Assembly (NCBI GenBank): GCA_937915175.1
Contig: CALDNA010000023.1
Coordinates: 4,713 to 68,712 of the forward strand
DNA length: 64,000 nucleotides
Source of the DNA: an uncultured euryarchaeote
GTDB lineage: Archaea > Thermoplasmatota > Poseidoniia > Poseidoniales > Poseidoniaceae
Direction: 5' to 3'
The notes beneath the pieces were generated by a model. It was not told where the DNA came from. It ran no database searches and saw nothing but the letters and a program-made list of their open reading frames with translations. Position numbers and translations under genes: made by a program. This document shows, piece by piece, positions 11,501 to 20,500 of this stretch (position 1 is the first letter of the stretch; each line of letters opens with the position of its first letter).

Positions 11501-14500
11501 CCCGTGCAGAATGCCAGTTGTCGAACTGTGACTGGTCCGCTGATATCGAAGACCTAGAACGTGGAGACTTTGTTGAATACTACATGAAGGCTCAAGACGT
11601 TTCTGCAGTCGCAGGCGGCATCAACACCCAGACCACCTCAACCGAGTCTTTCTCGGTCGGTGATCCAAACAAGATGTTTATCGTTGAATGGCGAGACATG
11701 GGTTACTCCACCACGGACACCTGTACTTACCAAGCTGTATTCTATGACGTGACAAACGAAATCGAATACAAGTACGACGATGCTTGTACCAACTCGTACG
11801 ACGCAGGAACCGTTGGTTTCATGGATCAAACACGAACCATGGGACAAACCATCCGTCATCGTACCAGTACCCAGTACATCACCGGAACGAACCCCCACCC
11901 AGCCAACTACCGTATCTCGACATCCTCGACCGGTAGCAGCTACGAGTCTTTCGACCGTGGCCTCTCTGGCTTGGTGAATGCAGATGCCTCTGGCATCATG
12001 GGTTCCTCTGCTGGTACACCGTCTGGCTACTACTGTGCATCCAACTACTACTGGAACACATGGGCTAACAAGTGCGCTGACAACATCGCAATGCCTGATG
12101 GATTCAACTTTACCTACTTCGGTACAGATTACAACTACACTGACACCAACGACCGTATCAACCTCGGTCGACATGGTAACATGCACTTTGTAAGCTCTGG
12201 ATCCACTGCACTGGTTCGCAGCATGACCACATGGTATGGAAACATGCCTGAGTTGCCGTACTCGTCGAGCACCTACGCTCGTGCAGGTACAATCGCACCT
12301 TACTGGTCGTACTACGGTACTTACTACTGCTACCAAAACAGCAACCTCGACTGTGGTGTTTACTACCGAACCATGCCTTTCGAAGGCAAGGGAACAGACG
12401 TGAGTTCTGACATCACCCAAGATACCACTTGGGATTTGGAAGACAGCCCAATCCGTGTCAACCCAAGCAACGACTACCTCACCATTTCTGCAGACTTGAC
12501 CATCCAACCTGGTGTTGTGATTCAAGTCGCAGCTGGCAAGGGAATTTCGTTTGATGGAACATGCGACCAAATGACCCTCAACGGCAACAGCACCGACCCA
12601 ATCCTCTTCGAGGGTGCAGACGGCGCTGAGTGGACTGGAATGGCATTCACCGCTGCTTGCGCTGCAGGCACCGATGACCGTCACGTCTTCTCTTACGTTG
12701 ACTTCAAGAACACAACTGACGCTGCAATCTCCGCTGGTTCACGCCACGGTTCTTCGCCAAGCACCAACTCGAACGTTGGAAACTTCACGATGGACCATGT
12801 GACATTCACCAACGTTGGATCTGCTTTCTCACACGGAAGCGGACAAGGCACAGTTGTTTCCATGAGCGACTTCAACGTCGATGGGGCTTCTTCGTCCTGT
12901 TTCGACTTCGCTGAAGACACCATGGCTACATTGACTGAAGGTGTCATGAAGGACTGTAACACCGACGGCAACGCCGGCGCTGGTGCAATCGTTAACGTTG
13001 CAGGTTCCACTGGTGGATCGTTGTTCCTTGAGAACACCACCGTGACCAACGCATACGTGAACCTCATCGATGTAGACTTCGCAACCGTGACAGTTAGCAA
13101 CGTAACCGCTACAGTCACGACTGTTCTACCAGGTTCTTCCACCACCACCCAAACCGGAAGCGCATTCGCTTCCGCAGCAGGCAGTGGCAGTGAAGTTACT
13201 TTGTTCAACTTCGACGCTGATGACTACGCTACTGTTTCGATTGAAGCAATGGACGGAATCTCAATGAAGACTGTTGACTTTGGACCTGCATCCTTGACCA
13301 TGACCCCTGGTGGCACATCGAGTACAGGAAACGGACCATCCGGCGACAGCGCTGTCTTTGACGACGTGACCGTTGGTAACACCGCTATGACCCGTATTCA
13401 ACCAGGTACATTTGACAGCGTCACCATGGGAACATTCACCATGACTGGCAACGCAATCACCTCGAACTTGGTTTCCATGAACAACATGGAAGCTACGAGC
13501 GTTTCCTTGAACGACTGTGGATGGAACATTCACATGAACAGTGTAACCGCAACCGGTTTCAGTATTCTTGGATGCTCTGCTGCACCTTCCAAGTTGACCA
13601 TCGAGAATGCAGACATCACCCACAGCAACACGGTTAATCCAATGCTCTACGCACGATACGCTACTGTGACTGTTGGTCAATCTGACGTGACAACCTCGGG
13701 TACAGGCCTTGCAGACTTTGCATACGCTGACACCAACGCTGATGTCCGTTTGATTCATGTCCTCGTTGACGGAGCTACCTCCGCCTACGATGGATCTGAT
13801 GGCAAGGTCTCAACCTCCAGTTCTTCGGAAATCTGGTATGGTGGACTTGCAAGCGCTTACACCTACCGTAACGCACTCATCAACGGTGTCGCTGCGATTG
13901 TGTACAAGTCGGGGCATTACGTCTCGGCTACGCTTGTTGACTCATCTGGCTCCGAAATCTTCGAAGTTGGGTCTCACATCACCGATGCAACGGGCATGGC
14001 CACAGTTTGGGTCATTACTGGTGACGAATCTGGTAACTCTTACGACGACCACAACTTGCGAGCATTCGGTGCAGCAGGACAGAACGAAACCCTTCACACG
14101 GATTCATGGTACCCTACAGACGGTACCTACACCGTGGGAGACACAATCGATCTCTTGCTTGAACCCGCTCCTGTGGAATTCGACGCAGCAGGTATGGACT
14201 GCGCATGGATTGCGGCTAACACAACCCTTGCTACGACCTACAACGCTGGATTGAATGCATATGTCTTTGACAGCACGCCAATGACCTTGGCAGCAGATCT
14301 TGAACTCGATGGATGCAACATCATCCTCTTGGGATCGGTCCTAAAGGTTCGAAGCACAGCAACAAGCACCCCTTGGTTGAACATCTCTGATGGCGGTTCG
14401 CTTACGGTTACCATTTCACCTGACACCGGCGCAGTCGGCGAAGTGAAAGCAATTTCAAGCACCTATGGACTCCACATGGATATCCAAGATGGTACGCTCG

Positions 14501-17500
14501 AACTTGACGGTGGAACCCTACGTGATGTCGCTCAAGACTCCGCTACTGGCGCTGCCCTCATGGTCAGCGACGGTGCTACGTTCATCATGAAGAACAGCGC
14601 TACAGTTTTCGGCGCTACCACTGCGAACTCTGAGATGGCTACGGTCAAGGTAATGGGTGGAACTGTGAACATCGCAGACTCCAGCATTATCAACTCCAAG
14701 CAAGCAGGATCAGGTACCGGAACCGCCCTTTGGGTGGAAGCCTCTGGTGGTACCATCGAGAACGTGATCGTGAAGAACGCAGCTGTGGGTATCCAATCCT
14801 ACAACGGCGCTCCACAGGTTGACGGATTCACCTCGACTGACAACACCGTTGGTGTCGACGTCTACGGTGGTATGTCACTCCCAACCGTTTACCGCAGTAC
14901 TTTGCTCAGCGGTGAAAACACTGGTTGGAAAACCTACAAGATCGACTTGTCGACCTACCTCTCGGAAGACTACCTCCAAGTTGGCTGGAACAGTATCTAC
15001 GGTGGCGGAAACGCTCACCCAACATACAACTACGCTACCTCGAAGTACTACATGATCACTGACCGATACAACATTGAATTGGAAGATGACAACGGCAACG
15101 CCTGGAACATCACTGATTCATCTGACCTCGGTTACTACCCATACAGTGCTGCAGACCCAGCATCCGGCGTCGGTTCAACCGCTGCCTACGCTGCTGGTGC
15201 TACCGGTGGTGTACCAAGTTGGTCGTGTGACTACTACGGTTACTCGTACGGACCAAACTATCCATCGAGCTTTGAGGGCTACTTCTACTACATGTGGCGC
15301 TACTGGCCTGGTGGTCCCGGAACGACCCCGTCTTACCCTGCTTACTACCAAGCTCCTTCTGAGTTCGGTTTCGGCTGGGAAAACATTGACGGCGTTAGCC
15401 CAACTGGTTCCTACGCTTACTACCCGTACCACTACTGGGGTTACTACTACACCTCTTACCACGGTGGTACCAACGGACCATTCACGCCTCCTGAAGGCTA
15501 TGGTGGCGGATACCCATCCAGTTACAACGTCTGCCTTGACTATGCGTACTCATACTACATGAGTCCAGGACAAGGTGCCCGTTTGACCATGCCTACCGTT
15601 GACATCTCGGCTTCGAACATCTCGAAGGTTTCGCTGTACATTGACGTCCTGCACAACCGTGCTGACAACTTCCAAGATCGCTTGGAGTTTGTCGCTCGTT
15701 CAGGCAACGATGCAAGCACCCTTGGTGATTACGTCCGAGAATCTGGTACGCCTATGTTCAAGGATGGTTCCATCACTGGAGCTGAAAATGGTATTGAAAT
15801 TGGCGGAGCATACGCTGCAGGTTCTTTCGAGAACATCGCGGTCACCTCCCCAACCGATGCCGGTCTTGAAGTGACAGGTCAATCAGCAGCAACTGTTGAC
15901 GGATTGGAAGTGAACGGCGGCACATACGGTGTCCTCGTTGGCAGTTCTGCATCCGGTTCAATTGAACTTGCTAACCTCGACCTTGACAGCCAAACCTCGG
16001 CTGGTGTTTACTACGCTAAGGACATCTCTGGAGATGTCACAGGTACGGTCACCAACAGCGCAGGTGCAGCGTTCAAGTACGGACAAAACACTGACAACCC
16101 TGTCGCGATGTCCGGCATGACGATTTCGACCAACGCAGTTGGTATCGAAACCGCTGGCTCAGGTGAGTTTACACTGACCGACATGACCATGGCGAATGGC
16201 AAGGACTTTGCGATCAGCGGAAGTTCGATGATTGAGTTCATCGAAGGAACCGTCGATGTTGATTCCGTCGATGTCACAGGCTCAGGTTTGTTCACCCGTA
16301 TGCGTACGGTTGACGTGACCCTCACTGCTGACTCGAATCCAGTCGCTGATGCTACTGTTACCCTCCTTGACGCCGATGGCGGCGCAGCGGGTGCAGCACT
16401 CACCAACTCGATGGGTGTAGCAAACGACATTACCTTCGTGACCGCTACTGTGGACAAGGCCGGAAAGACCATTCCATCGCTCAGTGGATACAAAGCAATG
16501 ACCGTTGCAGAAGTGTTCTACAACAACACAGTTGCTGACTTCCGTTATGCTAGCACTGGCGTTACGCTCAGCGATGCATCTGGAAACGCAGAGTCAGTTG
16601 CTCTGACGACCAAGATTGCACACCGTGTTTGCTGGTACTCTTCGAGCACCGCATACGATACTGTTTCACCTTGTTCAGGTTCGTTCTCGACTTCGGGATC
16701 CCGAACCCTAAGCGACGGTGATGGCGGTACTGTGACCGAATACGGTTACTATGGTGGTGTTGGAGCGAACCTGGCTAACCAGATCGTCATGGTTGACGTT
16801 CCGTACATCTACCTCAACGGTAACACGGATTACAACTTCAACGGTTCGACTCTGCTTTCAACTGGCGTCTATGATTTCTACGGAAATCAACGCTGGTACA
16901 GCAAGAGCCCTGGTGGCAGTGGATTCTACATGAACGACGGTGGCCTCTACGGTGTCGCAGTTGATGAAGACACAAGCGAACCTTACGGTATCCAACTTGG
17001 TGACTACTTCTACAGCATGAACAACTTTGTTGCAAACAACTCGATCTTCTCGAATGTCGCAACGATTGATATCGCGAATGGATATAATTATGCAAATAAT
17101 TACGAATGGGAAGTCGAAACTTTGGCGCTCACCAACTCGACGATTACGCACTACAAGGGTTACACCTCGTTGAACAACGCTATCCAAGTCTCCGACATCT
17201 GCATGCAGGTGTCTGGTGGTGACAGCGGTCTCATCCACGGTAACACCTTCAACAACTGTGGTGTTGGTATCATGCTTGAGCGTGCGACCTACTACAGTTA
17301 CCACAACGGTGTGGTCGGCGCAGACAACATCACCATCTCTGGTAACACGTTCAACGATGGTGGCGAAATCGCCGACATCTGGGCATACACCAACGGTGAC
17401 GCTGACTTCGCAGAGATCTCTGGAAACACCTTCAACTCTGGTGATACCAGCAACGGTGCAGTTGCATTCTACCCTGGTGACCATGAAGGTGCAATCATTG

Positions 17501-20500
17501 CGGACAACACGATCAACACTCTGAAGAGCGGTATCTACATGGTGAACGCCCTTGACTTCACAGTCTCTGGCAACACCATCAACGGTGCCGGCGACTCAGC
17601 ATACGCTGGTGTCGACATCAACGGTGGCTATGGTGACGTGACAGGCAACACATTGATTGACGCTGACGGCGGTATCGTGCTTGACTCGATGACCAACCCT
17701 CCAGCGCCAACCAGTTCGCTTTGCACCATCCGAGCCTACAGTTACTCGTCTGGACCTACAACCTGTGTTGTGACCCTCGCTACAGGCAAGGTCATGGCAG
17801 TTAACGTCCAGACTGATTCGTGGGGCTATGAAGCAAGCATCACCATCGACAAGCCTGACGGTACGACTGATTCGTGGCCAACCAATACGTTCGCAAGCAA
17901 CACTGCTTACGAACCACTGGCCTCATACAGCGATGCTGGAAGCTACACGTTGACGCTCCGTGACTCATACGGTGACGGTGGTACTGATGTCTTCATGGTT
18001 GAAGGCGGCGCTGCTGGCGGCTACACTGGCCCAAGCATTGCTGACAACACCATTGAGCTGTCCGCTGGACGTGTTGCTCCAAACGCTATCGGTCTCCTTA
18101 TGGAAGACTGTGCTGGTGTGACGATCAACTCGGCGAACAACTCCGTGACCCTGTCTGACGCTGCAATGGTTATCAGCAACTGTGACGTTTCTGATGTTGG
18201 CTCCACCCTCCAAGGAGATGGAACTGCATCCACCAACGGAATTGACGCTGACGACCTTAACGGTGACTCCCTGACCTTGTCGGGCACCACCGTGAGCGGC
18301 TACGAAAACGGTGTGACCAAGACGAGCGGTGCACTTTACCTCACTGGCGATGCTTCCCTCACTGGTACCTCATACGGTGCCTACGTGGATGACGCAACCG
18401 TGAGTGCAATCACCGCTAACGTCGATGGTGGCGCAACTGGAACTGGACTCTATGTCATCGACTCCGATGATGTTTGGGTTTACCCAATGAACGCCTCTGG
18501 ACTCGTCGGTATGTACGTCGAAAACTCTCCGTTCCGTTGGGACGGAGGCTCGGTTGATGCAACCACTGCTCTTGAAGTCGTGGAAGCACAAGGTACTGTT
18601 GAAAACATGACCTGGACCGCTTCGACCAACCAAATCAACGCTGGCACCAATGCCTACGTGACCTCGATCGGTAACACGATTGACGCCTCGAAGTTGATTG
18701 TCGATGCATCCGCTACCATTGATGAAGCAAACTTGTTCTCGATGAGTTCGACCCACTTGACTGCTGCTCCTACCAAGGAAGTCAGCATGCTCATTCAGTC
18801 GACCGACGGGTCTCGTGCTTCCTACGTGTCCACAAGTTTCCAACCTGAAGTCATGAGTATTGACGGATCGATGGACGACTGGAATGGCGGAAACGACCTC
18901 AACCCATCTGGCTATGCAATGCCAGGTATCATGAGTGGCGACGGAACCAGCGACATGGGAGTTACCTACATTGAAGGCGACGACCTGTACTTCGGTCTAA
19001 GCGGTGTTGATCTCTCAACAAGCGACTTGCTCATCTACCTCAGTGTCGATGGCGCAGGAAGCAGCGTTGGATACAACCTCGGTGGAGCACACAACTTGCC
19101 GTTCCAAGCAAACTACGTGCTTTGGGCAGACAGTGAATCCTCCTACGACTTGTACAGCTACGGCTTCCTCGGTTGGGGCCCAACTTCACTCAGCACCGCT
19201 GCAGTGGACATGGACTTCTCGACTGACTTCGCTGAGATTTCTATCCCATTCTCTCGAATGGGTGGAACACCTAGCCAAGTTGACATCGTGGCAATCGTTC
19301 AAGGCGAGACCACCGCTGATGTGAGCACGGTTCACCCGACTCAGACCATCGACGCCAGCAACACCATCCAGTCGTTCACCGAATACATGACCGTCGAGCT
19401 AACGCACGACGATTTGACCTCCGGTGCAATCTCTGACGAAGTGCTTGTGTACCGCTCCTACAAGGGCAGCAACACACCAAGCGTCGCCAAGAACTACGAC
19501 GTGATGATCAAGACCGAAGCAGACTGTGCCTACGATTGGGCTACAACTGAAGACGTCTCACTTGCTACCAACGTCAACCTGAACATGGACATGGCCCGTG
19601 CCTGCCCAGAAATTCAGGCTGAATTGGCTGACGTGATTGTTGACGAAGACTCTGGTGCTTACACCTTCAGCCTGACCAACATGGCTGACGACGTGCAAGA
19701 CGAAGAGGCGAGCCTCTCGTGGGTCTCGACCTCCGGAAACATTGTCGCTCACGCCAACGTACTCGTTGACTGGGCTCAGAACGGACACACCGTGACCATC
19801 ACACCAATGGACGACCAATTTGGTACCATGGACTACGAGTTCACTGTGACTGACAGCAACGGATTGACCGACACCAAGAACATCTCGTTCGAGGTTCTCA
19901 ACGTCAACGACGCACCTGTGATCTGCAACGTGGAACAAACTGACTGCTTGCCAATCTTCTCTGAAGACGACGCCTACACCAACATCTTGGCTGAAGGCTT
20001 TGGTGTGCACAGCAAGTTCCTTGGAAACGTGTCAAACGCTTCCAAGTCCTACATCCGTGACATGGCTAACGAGCAAACGCCCGACCGCCAAGTCTACGAT
20101 TGGGATGCAAGCATTCCTGCTGACTGTATCGCATTCACTGTTGAAGTGAACGCACTGAACGAACTTGTGATCACCGAGAACACGAACAACGAACTCGGTG
20201 GAACCTGTACGGTGACCCTCACCCTGGCTGACGACGCTGCTGCAAACAGTGAAGCAACTCCTTACGAAGTTGCCTTCTCCGTTGCTCCAGTGAACGACGC
20301 ACCTGTTATCCCAACATGGGACCGACAGAACGGTACGGTCATGGAAGCCGGAAACGGCTCCATCCCTGCAGCACCATGGCAGATCAGCTTGATGGAAGAC
20401 GACTTGTCGACCGAGAACTTGACCTACGACCTAAGCTCCGTGATGACAGATGTTGACCACAACCTCTCTGACCTCACTTGGACCGTTGAGCCAACGTCTC

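Noticed and set aside
9520-15560. Tyr/Asn-rich (TAC/AAC) loops as diversity-generating retroelement targets
   Set aside because: No reverse transcriptase and no template/variable repeat pair differing at adenines seen in the window.
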